Origin: Fistulifera solaris
Taxonomy: Eukaryota
Assembly: GCA_030295235.1 (NCBI GenBank)
Contig: AP026135.1
Location: forward strand, 248,001 to 312,000
DNA: 64,000 nt
Direction: 5' to 3'
Part shown: piece by piece, positions 12,744 through 24,525 of the stretch
Layout: every line of letters starts with the position of its first letter
How positions within the stretch are numbered: the first letter of the stretch is position 1
Notes under the pieces: model-generated
The model's database searches: none
Told to the model about the DNA's origin: nothing
The model's input: the letters and a program-made list of their open reading frames with translations, nothing else
Made by a program: the position numbers and the translations under genes

Positions 12744-13586
12744 TTGCTCTACGCAATAACGACAAAACGACAATTACGACACTTTTTCACCGAAAGGCAA
12801 GAAGACGAAACCTATATTTCTCCCTTTCTTCATGAAACAATTTTGGGCCAAAGCTTTTGTGACGGCTTCGTCGGTTCTTCAATCTTCTTTAAAACGACTT
12901 CACCCTTCCGCGGGGGCGTAAGTGTGCAGAGTAGCATGTCATCGTCAGCATCTTCCCGAGTTGTCGGCATCGATTACCCCGAATTGGTGGTCTTTGACTT
13001 GGATGCTTGTCTCTGGGATCAGGAAATGTACGAAATGCGAGCCATGCCTTCCAAAACCGTTCCTGGGGACTTGAATGGCCGAGGTCAGGGCGTGAAAGGT
13101 GTTTCTTCGGGCAGTGATCTGATTCAATTGCACGATGGTTCGTTGATAGCACTACAAGAACATGCCGACAACAAATACCCGGGTATGAAGATTGCACTGG
13201 CTAGCAGTGCCGATACTCCATTCGCGGTTCAAATTGGAAGGGCTACCTTGAAACTGCTGGAGGTTTTACCCGGAATGACAGTCTGGGACCTGTTAATGAG
13301 AGATTGGGATGGACAAGATATCAATCAGATTGGTCGGCAGCCTCCCCTTTCCTCAAACAAGGCCGCTACTCATTTTCCTCGAATACGATCTATGACGGGA
13401 ATACGTTACGATAAAATGCTGTTCTTTGATGATTGCAACTGGGGAGACCATTGTGGAATGGTGGCGCGTGCGTGTGTTGAATCGGACACCCAACAAGGTG
13501 TTGTGGGGCACCGTACTCCCTCTGGGCTACGAATTGCTGACTGGCGAAAAGGAATGGAACTTTACGCAAATCAGCATAAGTTATAA
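12744..13586 (+). CDS. MDP1: Magnesium-dependent phosphatase 1 (HAD IIIC); true start probably the Met at ~12936
   Basis: LVVFDLDACLW (DxD), ALASS, NKAATHF, MLFFDD. Confidence 0.85.
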   Translation: MLYAITTKRQLRHFFTERQEDETYISPFLHETILGQSFCDGFVGSSIFFKTTSPFRGGVSVQSSMSSSASSRVVGIDYPELVVFDLDACLWDQEMYEMRAMPSKTVPGDLNGRGQGVKGVSSGSDLIQLHDGSLIALQEHADNKYPGMKIALASSADTPFAVQIGRATLKLLEVLPGMTVWDLLMRDWDGQDINQIGRQPPLSSNKAATHFPRIRSMTGIRYDKMLFFDDCNWGDHCGMVARACVESDTQQGVVGHRTPSGLRIADWRKGMELYANQHKL

Positions 13587-14071
13587 CAAGTTTAGACTAG
13601 TGATTGAACCATTTTTCACTCGCATTTTCTCGACAAGATCCGGCTGTGCCGTCTAGAGCTTTGACGGCTCTCTATTGTAGCTAGATCTAGAGCGAACTTA
13701 GATCTGAAGATTTGGGTCGACTTGAACGTCTTTAATGAGTGGCAAGAGTAGAAAGGCAGTACATAGAAAGTAGACAGTGAGTTATTGAGCTCGACTTCAC
13801 TACTTTTGCAAAGTGTTTCATCTTTCATCTTAAATCGTCATGCTCGCGTCCAAGCGTCGTCCGAGTGATCTGAGTCAGTCCTTGTTTGACTAACTAAAAA
13901 AATCGAAAGTTCCGAGCTTTTCGGATCTAGAAACGTCAGCGGGGTGGGAAATGGGAAATCGAAAGATCACAATCGATGAACATCACGGTATACCTTTATT
14001 TTCTCGCTCTCGACCAATAAGAACGATCTCATTATCACAAGCTCCTAGTCAAGCCCATTTGAACCAACAAG

Positions 14072-14566
14072 ATGAAATTTCTAATTGCTGCTCTTTCCAT
14101 CGCTCAGGCATTCGCCTTTTCTGTGATTGGTGCGAACACTCGTCCAATTTCAACTCAGTTACATGCTGCTGCAGATTACGTGCCGAAGGAAGGGGAAGGA
14201 AAGATCAATCTATTGGTAGGTATCATCTATCGTATGTCATCGCCCCTGTATCGCAAGCATTCAAACTAATAACACTATTTTTTCTCTTTCTTTCCTCTCT
14301 ACATTCTAGATTGATCTGGAATCGCCGTAAGTAACTCCTTTTTCTGTTACCTTCGCATCAATGGATGTTCGCTTTCACGCCATAGTATCTCAAAATGCGC
14401 TTGCAGTAAGGTAGCCAACATGGAGGAAATGTCGAGTGGAAAGAAAGTCTTCTGTCGCTGCTGGTTGTCGGGTACGTTCCCGCTTTGTGACGGTACTCAC
14501 GTCAAGCACAACGCGGCTTGTGGTGACAATGTCGGTCCTCTCATTGTGACGGTCAAATCCGAATAA
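14072..14566 (+). CDS. NEET: Plastid-targeted CDGSH [2Fe-2S] NEET protein (exons 14072-14215, 14310-14326, 14407-14566)
   Basis: The spliced product is [18 protein letters not shown]...KINLLIDLESPKVANM...[23 protein letters not shown]...DNVGPLIV. Both introns are GT-AG and keep the frame. Confidence 0.9.
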
Positions 14567-14752
14567 ACACCCTGGCTCGTCCCAGATAGTTATAAACTCT
14601 AAGACTATCTCAAACGAAGAGGCTATATAAGTATTATGGTTGTTTTATGATCGAAGGAGCAATGCTATTAACACGCACAATTGGATCAAAACGATGCTTT
14701 CTAGCTCACAGCGTTACTAATTTAGTACTGCGCCAAGTAAGACACCCCTTGT

Positions 14753-16294
14753 TTACACCTTTCGTCGTTTGAGATTCCTACTGGAGGGAGAATCCTCAGG
14801 TGCTTCGCGTTTTCCCTTTTGACTTTCTTCATTGCTCAGCCAAAAACCTTCTTCGCCATCTTCGGGGCCTTCTTCCGCTCCTTCGTCGTCACCATCATTG
14901 GCACTGCCATCTTCTTCTTCCTTGGCTGGAGCAACTAACACTTCAGGAGCCGCTCCTTCTTCGACAGCCTTCTGCGCGTTCAGTTCCTCCATCGCTTGCT
15001 GTTCTTCCCACTGTTGTTCCGCCTTGGCGGCAACTTCCTCCGAAGATAATAAGATGTTGTGTCTATACAAAACGGCTTCCGTTTCTTGGCGCAATATTGA
15101 TAACATGGTCGTCGCCTCGTCCAATTTGTGTCTCCACTTTCCAGTTTGACTCAAGCAAGATGCATTCTTCTGACCTTCTGCGGCGAGCTCGGCCGAAAGA
15201 AACTCCACTTCGCGCTGTAGAGCACATACTTTCTTTCCATCTTTGCCGTGCTTGAGTAGGAATTCCCGAGTGACTTCCCCCGAAGCTCCATTCGGCTTGG
15301 AACTACCGCCGTCTTCTTCCGATTCATCTTCTCCGTCGCTCAGTATGTCTCCAACCGTTTGAGGCAAATGGTTCGGCATAAAGACCAAGGGACGCTCATT
15401 GGTGTTGTCGGACGATTCTGTGTCGTCCCGATACCAGATACCGGCATCGTTCGGATCCGCATCAAACGCCCAACCTACCGATTTTTCTGGAACCAAAGAC
15501 GCCGCGGAAACCAACAAAGGGACACCTTTGGGCGTCGATGGCTCGAAACGCGATTTCCACAACAGAATGTTATTCGGTTTCGCTTTCGGAACCATTTCTT
15601 TGGTGGCTTCCTCCAACGCCAACCATGCCGCCAACAAGGCATCCGCCGTACCTCCGTTCGACGACGCCGTGGTCGGAACATTCACGCGTTCGTCGAGTAA
15701 TTGCTGGCGTTGGCGCAATGCCGCGGAAATTTCACGGGCGATTTGCACGCGCGTCCGCAAATATGCCAACTGCTGTACTTTTTGGATGGACAATTCGTGC
15801 AAGAACGCGAGTCGCGTGTCTTTATCGGCGACCGCCTGTTCGAGATGTTGACAGGTTTCGACATAATGGGCCCGCAACGCCACATATTCTTGTTCGAGTG
15901 CCTCCCGAATCATTTCGGCTTGGGTGATCTTCTGACGCTGCGTCTGCACGCGCTTGTCGGAATCCGGATCCAGCCGAATGGGCAGGGTCGGTGCGTTGGG
16001 TCTTTGTTCGACCGCAATGCGATTGACCGCGGCATACGCGTGTTGATGATAACGTTGACAGGCCGTCCAGTAGGCATTCATGTGTCGCAAGTCTTGATCG
16101 ATCTCTTCGTTCGATAAGGGTTGTAAGAGTAGCTTGTTGCCGTTGCCGTTTGTCTTTTCGGCACGACTTCCGAGCCATCGGGACGAATAACCGCGAGCCA
16201 AGAGAGTCGCTGGATCCATGTTCATCGTACGAGTCTTGCTGTTCTTTGAAGCGTTTCCCAAGATGGTACCGTTCGATGTTGTCTTGCGTGCCAT
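14753..16294 (-). CDS. Hypothetical coiled-coil protein, probably nuclear
   Basis: 513-aa ORF with heptad-rich segments, an acidic tail and a terminal KRRKV NLS-like motif. It may have an upstream exon. Confidence 0.7.
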   Translation of the reverse strand: MARKTTSNGTILGNASKNSKTRTMNMDPATLLARGYSSRWLGSRAEKTNGNGNKLLLQPLSNEEIDQDLRHMNAYWTACQRYHQHAYAAVNRIAVEQRPNAPTLPIRLDPDSDKRVQTQRQKITQAEMIREALEQEYVALRAHYVETCQHLEQAVADKDTRLAFLHELSIQKVQQLAYLRTRVQIAREISAALRQRQQLLDERVNVPTTASSNGGTADALLAAWLALEEATKEMVPKAKPNNILLWKSRFEPSTPKGVPLLVSAASLVPEKSVGWAFDADPNDAGIWYRDDTESSDNTNERPLVFMPNHLPQTVGDILSDGEDESEEDGGSSKPNGASGEVTREFLLKHGKDGKKVCALQREVEFLSAELAAEGQKNASCLSQTGKWRHKLDEATTMLSILRQETEAVLYRHNILLSSEEVAAKAEQQWEEQQAMEELNAQKAVEEGAAPEVLVAPAKEEEDGSANDGDDEGAEEGPEDGEEGFWLSNEESQKGKREAPEDSPSSRNLKRRKV

Positions 16295-17019
16295 AATAGG
16301 GTATCAAGTTCAATCAACGAAAATGCGACTTGTGTGGCGTTCAAAAAAGCGGATGGATGACCCTTTTCGAAATTCAGAGTGATTTTTAGCTATAGTTAAG
16401 CAAGAGAAATGAATACAGAAAGGATAACACGGCAAAGTTGGATTTTAATGGATTGCATGCAACAAGTGCATCTGAAGTGCTACCAGTATACAAATGAAAC
16501 GATGTCCTTGCCATTTTCATAGACCTTCTTGCTAAACCACGCAAAATGCTGCGAACAGACGCGCGCAGTCGTCTTGGCATCGTCATCACGTCCTTCCGGT
16601 TCTGAACTTTTTGCATTACTCCGTACTCCGGAGTAATTACAATGTGAAGGGAAGATACCGGTTCTCTTACTCTCTACTCCACATTGCCACGTCATCCATT
16701 CATGTCTTAAGCCCGTGACCCGTGACAGAAAGCTGAATGGATCCTCTGGATCCCTCGCATTATTTGTTTCAACCATCATCACAAAAATGCAACCTTTTGT
16801 TTTACCAAAAGCAAACGCTGCTCCTTTATCCCTTTCCCATCAAATTCAACTATGGTTATGTCCACAAATAAAAACAATTAATTCGAAGTGATTCCAGCGT
16901 CACAAACATTGGGTTGATGAGAGGGAATCCGAGACGTATAACGCCTCCGTCGATAACCCAAGAATTAGGACGAAATACACCAAGACGGTATACTTATTTG
17001 GCGAGACAACGGAACCTTT

Positions 17020-18900
17020 ACCTACGTCACTGGGGATAATGAGGACGATGTTCTTGATGTATCTCACGAGTACTTGACAGTGTTGTTTGGTGGTAGAAAA
17101 TGTCCGACCTTTCACACATTTGTGGGTCCGACGGAGGATGGCATACCCGAAAGAGCGGGATTCTTTATGGAGTTGGAGGAATCATCGGCCGAGGAAAACT
17201 CGATAATTGAAAGGCGTTACTTCATGGCCTCCTTTGAATCTGCGTAGACGCCGTGTTTGGAGCGGCTTTTTGCCGTGCAACGTTGCGCCGCATGCAGTGT
17301 GCATCCATCGACGTTGAGTGCCGAATAGTCGGTGGCTCTGGCATCTCCGCCCATATACCCACCCGCTCGCTGGACGTTGTGCAAGTGTAACTTGAAAGAC
17401 CGGGAGCGACTTTTGTGGATGACCTCCAGAATCTCCAACAATTGTTTGGGACATTGTCGTTTGTCGCTTATGCGCCATTCGACAACCACACAAGCTGAGA
17501 AGCCTCTTAAAGTTTGGTGACGAGCGTCCTATAATAATCATCGTCAAGAATACGCAGAATGCCGTCGCGGGAATGGCTGCATTTTTTATGGAGTTAGACA
17601 AAGTGACAGACGAAATTTCACCCTTGGAAATTGGCAACTGGAACAAAGGCCTTTTTGACTTGCTTGATGTTTGAGGAAGCCCCAATGATTGCAGTAGGTT
17701 TACAACAACCAAATTTTTGGGATTGCTATGACCAGGACCATGGAACTTCATTTGTTGATGCACTTCAGAAACGAAAATCATCATTTGGGTCATTGTCGGA
17801 TTTGTGGGATACAACACTTAGCGACGAAAATTCGAAACAGTTTCTGAATGTCAAAATGATCAAGCATTTGAAGATGCCATTTCCAAAGCGTGAGTTCACT
17901 TTTCTACCTTCTTCAACACAGTTGGATGCCCTTTCCTATGATTTTGCTCTGCAACACCGTCACAACTGCTGGAAAAGACGTTAAAATTCACCCTCCAGTA
18001 CAAGATTCTACGGACCACGTAGAATGTTAACGACATTCCCTGGGATCCGTTGCAGATATTATACTTGAGGCAAACCAACAAAATCTCTCGCGGCGTCAAC
18101 CATAATGCAGGAAACTTCCCCACGGAGCTGATCCTTTCGATTTTAAGGCGTTTGGCTAATCTGGGTCCTTCGGATCTGACACTTAGCTGCCGTATCATAA
18201 CCACTTTCATCCCCGACAAACTGCTGTTTGAACCTTCTCGCTCTCTGTGTGACAAGAAAGGATTGGGATCCGCCAATATTTCAATGAACAAGAGGGACTG
18301 TGGACCTTCAAAATAAATGCTTTTGATTCGACTTTTGGTCCTGGTTTTGTTATCTTCGAGAGCTCAATAGAAACATTGCAGTGGCTGACGAAAGTGGCAA
18401 AGGTTTTTTCGGATGGATTGATAATCGATATGCTATTCATTTGACAGTTTTCTTTCGTAGCTCACTGGAGTTGGCGAGAGAGTCACCTTTGGAACGACCA
18501 GTGCTTTTGGCCACTGCCTTGATGAAAAGCGCCTTTTCTTTGGTGCGATTGCACAGCTGGATGAATCTCATGAAGATGACGATGGTGGTTCTTCTTTTGC
18601 TCAATCTATTCAGTGTAACAACTGAACACGCAGTAGGTGATGCAGCAATCTAGAATGTTGTGTAGAAACAGTTTGTTTACTATGTATTCTAAGGACCCTT
18701 TGTTTTCGCCTCGGTTTTTTCGCCGAACAATATCCTTTTGCCAAACGGACTAGCAATTTGAAAACTTTCGGAGTGGATGCTGCCGCGTATCTTTCCACAC
18801 GTCACAAATCAAGAAGTCATAGGATATCCTTTGTTTAGATTGCTTTACAAGTGCTTCCACAGAAGCAAAATGCCCACGTTTGATGACTAGAAATGCCTCT
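17020..18900 (+). pseudogene. Decayed member of an expanded diatom hypothetical (LRR/RNI-like) family
   Basis: Short fragments in several frames with stops: IIVKNTQNAVAGMAAFFMEL, HGTSFVDALQKRKSSFGSL, TQLDALSYDF, ILSILRRLANLG. The resemblance to Fistulifera family proteins is recalled from memory, not searched. Confidence 0.5.
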
Positions 18901-18956
18901 TCTGCGTTGAAGCTAGAATTACAAATTAAAGACGACACTTGACGAAAGATGCGATG

Positions 18957-20134
18957 TCATCGATCCAAGAAACGCTTCAAAAGAGCAGTCGTATCTTGTG
19001 GGGCTTCCGCGTGAACCCAATGTCCAGCACCTTTGATGGTCGTCAACAAATGGTTTGGAAAATACTCGCCAATGCGGTCCATGTACGCATGTCGAACAAA
19101 TCGAGATTGACCACCATGGATAAGGAATACATCACCATGATACTGGTGCACCGATGGATCGATATCGAACGAAGCAAGTGCTTCGATCTGCTTCACAATA
19201 CTGGAAATCGGTATCTTCCAATTCGATTCTTTTGCACCCCAATTCGTGAGTATAAAAGCGCGCAAGGCCGAGTCCGGAATTGCCGGTAGCAGCAATTGAT
19301 CGACCTCTTTTTGGACGAACCGACGGGTATTCTATCCAGAAGAAACAATATGTCAACAACGGCTTTCCAAGGTGCATCCTCCTGTGTGTAAGGAACCGGT
19401 GCAATATCTAACACGACGAGTCCATCGACTCGTTCCGGAGCCGTCAAAGCAACCGTCTGCGCCACTTTTCCTCCCATGCTGTGCCCCACGAGTACAGCAC
19501 GGTCGATTCCGTGTCGATCGAGGAATTGCAAGACATCGGCCGCCATGTCGGTATACGTCATTTCAGGAACGGCTTGTGTAGCCGCTGTGTCGCCGTGGTT
19601 CCGTAAATCGACAGCCGTGACACGTCGTGGCTTTTCCAGTTGTTGTGCGAGCGAGCGGCCGATGGTGGCGAAATTTCGTCGGTTCCCGAGCAATCCGTGC
19701 AAGAGTAAAACAGGAGGTGCGTCGGCGGCATTCGGTTCTGGAAGAACAAAGTCCGTGTAATGCAAATCGACCGTATTCACTGCTGTTGAAAAAGCTGCCA
19801 TGCTTTTTGTTGAGAAGAAGATCTTTCCTGAAAAGGCGTTTGCTGCAGGTATGGATATTATAGCAACAGCAGCACAAGAATAGAGCGTTCTTCTCCAGAA
19901 TGGTCGCTTTCGACTCAGCATGTGCTTGTGATGTTGCAGACGAAAAGCAGTTGTCATTGTTGCCGTTCGGTGAATTGAGCGTGCCTTTAAGCTTCTGTTT
20001 TTCCTGTGCAAGAGAGAGGAGTTGCTGCGTCGAATACTTGGTAATAGACTAGAGCTTTGACTACGTCCAACGTAGCAACAAGAAAATGATCGTTTATGAG
20101 AAAGGAGACGTTGCCAAAAAGTGCACATCATCAC
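18957..20134 (-). CDS. Alpha/beta hydrolase, ABHD11/YbfF-like esterase (frameshift ~19300; start uncertain)
   Basis: LLHGLLG, VDLRNHG, GHSMGGK nucleophile elbow, LDIAP, GAGHWVHAEAP. Confidence 0.9.
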
Positions 20135-20610
20135 GAAGACAGATTAGATTTTTCACGAATAAATCAGTACCGTTTCGTCGAAAAACACTATAACTCGCTA
20201 ATCACTTGTCCAAAATACTTGTTTAGGCAAAATTGAGTTTATTATTCCTTTTTTCGCAAGAAATAGGTCTACCTGGTACATTTTTGGTTATTGGTGGCAT
20301 GGGAGCTCTGATGAGGAAAGACAAACGCACGTCCGGTGATTGCATGCACGATGCGCGACTGCGACAAGAACTCTTCTTGAAACACGATACCAGGTACCGT
20401 ACCTTGTACACGTGTCGGTCTTTACAAAACAGTCTTAGGATTTTCCAGCAGACAAAGTCGCAGTCACTAAGTAAGACGAACTACACTGGCTGATAGAGTA
20501 CAAAGGCCGTTGCCGACTGGCGACAAAACGTCTCTCAGTGATTTTTGGCTCAGATTGCGCCCGTAGATTTGCAGACATTTTATTTTCTGCAGCTGCAGGG
20601 AAAACGCACG

Positions 20611-21926
20611 ATGCAGTCGTCTATCTCGGTACGAATCCTACGTCGGTTGTACGTGCTCTTTCTCGACCATGGCGGTCGCTCATCTTTGTCTTTTTCTTCC
20701 CTAATATTGATTGACAGAAATATCGTATAACTAAAAGGGTAGGTGGGGGATCCTTTGGTGACATTTACCTTGGGGTTGGCGCAAACGGCGAAAAGGTGCG
20801 TGCTCTGGTCATAATTTATTCGAGATCTGCTCCTCGGTCGTGAAGTGATGGTCATTGAAGTGAATGACCTCGCTGTGGAAGTCCCAAGCGTACGTTTAGA
20901 CCCAGAAACTCTATCGTGACCTATAAAAATTGCTGCTGAAGTCAGAACTGAGAGACACTAGTTCTTTGTTCTCGGTCTAGTCGATCTACTCTTTCGTCAT
21001 CTTTTACTACTTTCGCCTCGTTCGGCCTTTTTCAATATCTATACCTTGCGCTCTAACGGTTACATTATGATCACTATAAATAAAAACAGGTTGCTGTCAA
21101 ATTCGAGAAACACGGGGCTCGCTGTCCCCAGCTTCGTCATGAGTACAAAGTCTATCGTGAACTGCAAAATGCTCCCGGCTTTGCCAAAGTGCACTATTTC
21201 GGGACACAAGATTCGTACAATTTAATGGTTATGGATCTTTTAGGTCCGTCATTGGAGGATCAATTTAATAAGTGCGGCCGTCGCTTTTCACTGAAGACTG
21301 TTCTGATGATTGCCGATCAAATGCTGGAGCGTGTGGAATTGATGCATTCTCGTCATCTGATTCATAGAGACATTAAACCCGCAAACTTTGTGACAGATGC
21401 AGGAGGGCGTGCGAACGGAAACTTTATTTACTGCATTGACTTTGGATTGTCGAAGCGATACCGACACCCTCGCACACTACAACACATTCCCCAGCGCGAA
21501 GGACGTTCGTTGACAGGTACGCCGAGATACGCGTCGATCAATAATCACTTGGGTGTAGAGCAGTCTCGTCGAGACGATCTGGAGTCCATTGGCTACGTCT
21601 TGGTGTACTTTCTCAAAGGAGGACTTCCCTGGCAAGGACTAAAAGCCAAGTCGGCGACAAAAAAGTACAAGCTAATTATGGAGAAAAAGCAACAGATTAC
21701 CATTCCTGCCTTATGTCAAGGATGTCCCAGCCAGTTTGCAGAGTACCTCGCTTATTGCCGTTCCTTGAAATTTGAAGCAAAACCCAACATAGCGTACCTT
21801 CGTGGGATGTTCCGTGATCTGTTCCGCTCCCAAGGTTACACAAACAATCACAGCAGCTTGGATTGGGATTGGAACCGTGTTGAAGGAAGTGCGAGTGAAA
21901 AACCAGCTGGCGAGGTCGTGGAATAA
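20611..21926 (+). CDS. CK1: Casein kinase I (exons 20611-20628, 20718-20795, 21090-21926)
   Basis: Spliced MQSSIS|KYRITKRVGGGSFGDIYLG...EK|VAVKFE, then LLGPSLEDQF, HRDIKPANF, IDFGLSKRY, SLTGTPRYASIN, EQSRRDDLES. Confidence 0.95.
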
Positions 21927-22555
21927 ATCTTTTCAGGGACGATTTAGGATAATATATCTTCAACTTAGTAATGTGGACAGTATTTACCGTAGGCTTGACA
22001 TTGGGTCGTATTAGAGACAGGCATGCCTCAACTTTTTGACTAGGTCTACTCTGTATTTTTTGTGCGTCGAGAAGATAGTGACAAAGAATTCGAACAGTCA
22101 ACTAATAAGGGCTGATGACTCGACCTGACTTTCTCAACAACCTGAAACCTGATTGGCGGTCGAAATTTTTTGTCAAGAATGAATAGGAGTTTATGTTTTG
22201 AGTCACGGCGTGGTTGTCGGTCGGCAAGTGGGGTCCGCCTAATCTCATTTGGGGGGCAAATAAGTTGCTCTCTATGATGAAGAGCGACATAACTGAGTCG
22301 TTGCTGAGACGCATTTTATTTTTATCTTACTCCGTACTTGTCTTACTATCCATGATTTATTCAAACACGGATTCATATTGGTACCGGATCAGTTGTTCTA
22401 AACTTAACATTTCCATAACCGCTAAGATTATGGATTACTCCTTACCGCTCTACTGGAACCATTTTACACGCAAAACCGAAAAGGAAAAGGACTACCTTGA
22501 CAGATCGACAACATCTTGCATTTTACTCAGTGATAATACACAAGAAAACGGCACC

Positions 22556-22952
22556 ATGGTCAAGGTGGGTAGAATTTCCTAAAATCGAGATTTGAAGCGT
22601 ATGTGCGGATGGCAAGGGAGGGTCGTCTTTTGCCTGTGAATATTAGTTGGAGATGTGCCGGCTTTCCTTTTGTAGTCGTTGTGTATTAGCATTACGCAAT
22701 ACATTCTAACACGGTTCTCTTTTATTCGAATCTCTCGTCACTGATCAATTCGTGTTTTATTCGGAACGTTTCAAACAATAACAGCAAAAGAACACTTGCG
22801 CTCACAACAACACACACAAGGCCCACCGAAACGGAATCAAGGTCCGCCAGAGAACTCGCTACGTTTCTCAGAAGGGAAAAGACCCTAAATTTCTGCGCAA
22901 TCAGAAGTTCGCTAAAAAGTACAATGGCAGCAAGCGAACACATGACGAGTAG
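22556..22952 (+). CDS. RPL29: 60S ribosomal protein eL29 (exons 22556-22564, 22785-22952)
   Basis: Spliced [50 protein letters not shown]. Not in the ORF track. Confidence 0.92.
22598..22714 (+). ncRNA. Candidate intronic H/ACA-type snoRNA or structured RNA in the RPL29 intron
   Basis: Hairpin (GGCAAGGG/CTTTTGCC), then ATATTA (ANANNA) at 22640-22645, then a second stem (GTTGGAGATGT/ACATTCTAAC), then ACA at 22709-22711. Confidence 0.4.
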
Positions 22953-23152
22953 AGTGGTGGAGATAGGACCCTGAAAATGTTGACGAATTCGAAACATGAA
23001 TATCATATAAATTTCATCGTAAAAGCCACTTCATTCATCTAAAAAGATTTCGCTTTATTTCAAACCAAGGTTCTTTCTGAACTCTTGTTCTAATTATTGA
23101 TCTGCGAATGAACATGAGCCGTGTAAAGTCCACGACCGTTGTCGAATTGTTT

Positions 23153-24151
23153 TCAAAGTTTCCCTTGGCGATAATCCTGTATTAGTTTCACGAACTCGTG
23201 CTTCTCCATTAGACCCGTAGCTTGTTTGCTCAAACCAGCATTGCGTATCTCCGCTTTCAATTCTTTCACTGACATGGTGGAGGGGTCGGGTAGCGTCACC
23301 AGACAGGTATCATCGGGCGGCAATACTTGTTGAAGGAACGCCTTGACGGCCGCCAACTCATTGGGACTGACCGTGTGCGGAATCGGATACGATTGGAGTT
23401 CGTACTTCTGCACACCTTTGGATTGAAGCATCTTTTGTGACTTTTCGGCCATGGCGTACGGAACTATCACATCTTGTGTGCCGTGACAGTGCAGAATGGG
23501 GGTTGAAGGTTGTTGGACCTTTAGTTGTGCGGCGGCCGGAACATAACCCGACATAACGACGATTCCGGCCAATTGTTGCGATAACTGCAGCCCCGTAAAC
23601 AGAGAAAGTGCTCCACCTTGTGAAAAGCCCGCCAAAACCATTCGATTGTAGGGCAATCCGAACTTGTCATGCTCTTCTTGTAAAATTTCAGCAATCCGGG
23701 CCTGCGATTCACTAATACCTTGGCAATTTTCGTTCGAGCGCTCATCCAATCCAACAATGTCGTACCAAGAGGGCATCGACATACCCATATTCAAAGTAAC
23801 AGGCTGCGTAGGAGCCGTCGGGAGAACAAACTTCACGTATGGCATGGCGCGAGCCAAGTTCTATCGTTGTCGGTGATGGCAATACAGGAAAACGATTCTT
23901 AGAACCGATACTATACTATTACTAGTCATCAAACTTTTTGCAAAACTCACCTCGGCAACATCGGCAAATCCTTCGGCCGTATCTCCCAAACCGTGCGAGA
24001 TGACCACTAGAGCACTTTGTTCTTGCGCTCGCTTGGGAGATATCGTAATAGTCCCATCCGAAGTTCGTTGTGTCGAGAAGGACATAGTTGGCGCTACTAA
24101 ACAAGAGGTTGTGAAATACAGGAAGCGAGGGATGCGTCGGGCAATCAGCAT
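23153..24151 (-). CDS. Acyl-protein thioesterase / lysophospholipase (intron 23861-23950)
   Basis: HGLGDTAEGF, PVTLNMGMSMPSWYDI, GFSQGGA, HGTQDVIVP, PHTVS. The C-terminus has an extra MSVKELK...EKHEFV helical module. Confidence 0.93.
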
Positions 24152-24525
24152 GCAACAGAGACGAAAGAGAAAGGTGCAAAGCGGAGCGAAGAATAGTTGA
24201 GTGATGAAAGAAAAGCGTTTGCGTCGGTCAGGCTTTTGATATTTCCCCGCAATATGATTCGGTCGTTCTGAGAAGCTATTGCCTGTAAATGATTAGACAG
24301 AATGTATCCTTTTTCGATGATTACAAAGTATGGTAAACGCAGGATCGTCGGCTTATCTTTTTTCGCCAAAATGCTTTCGAAGCTCCAAAGAAAAGCCGTT
24401 CCGACTCGACTTTTAGTGACCCTGGTTTACACTATCTAAAAAAATCAAGCCGCTACGACATCATAAATATGCCTGCTAGAGTGGTGTAGTTTGTACTCAC
24501 ACAAGACTCGACCGACGTATGACAT

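Noticed and set aside
16480..16782. SH3-like WQCG...GIFPS in a 100-aa ORF
   Set aside because: Only a short motif matches, the rest of an SH3 fold is absent, and it lies in a decayed region.
20796..21089. Possible C/D snoRNA in CK1 intron 2 (GTGATG...CTGA, small hairpin)
   Set aside because: Box C is imperfect, and the only rRNA match noticed (GTTTAGACC) is sense rather than antisense.
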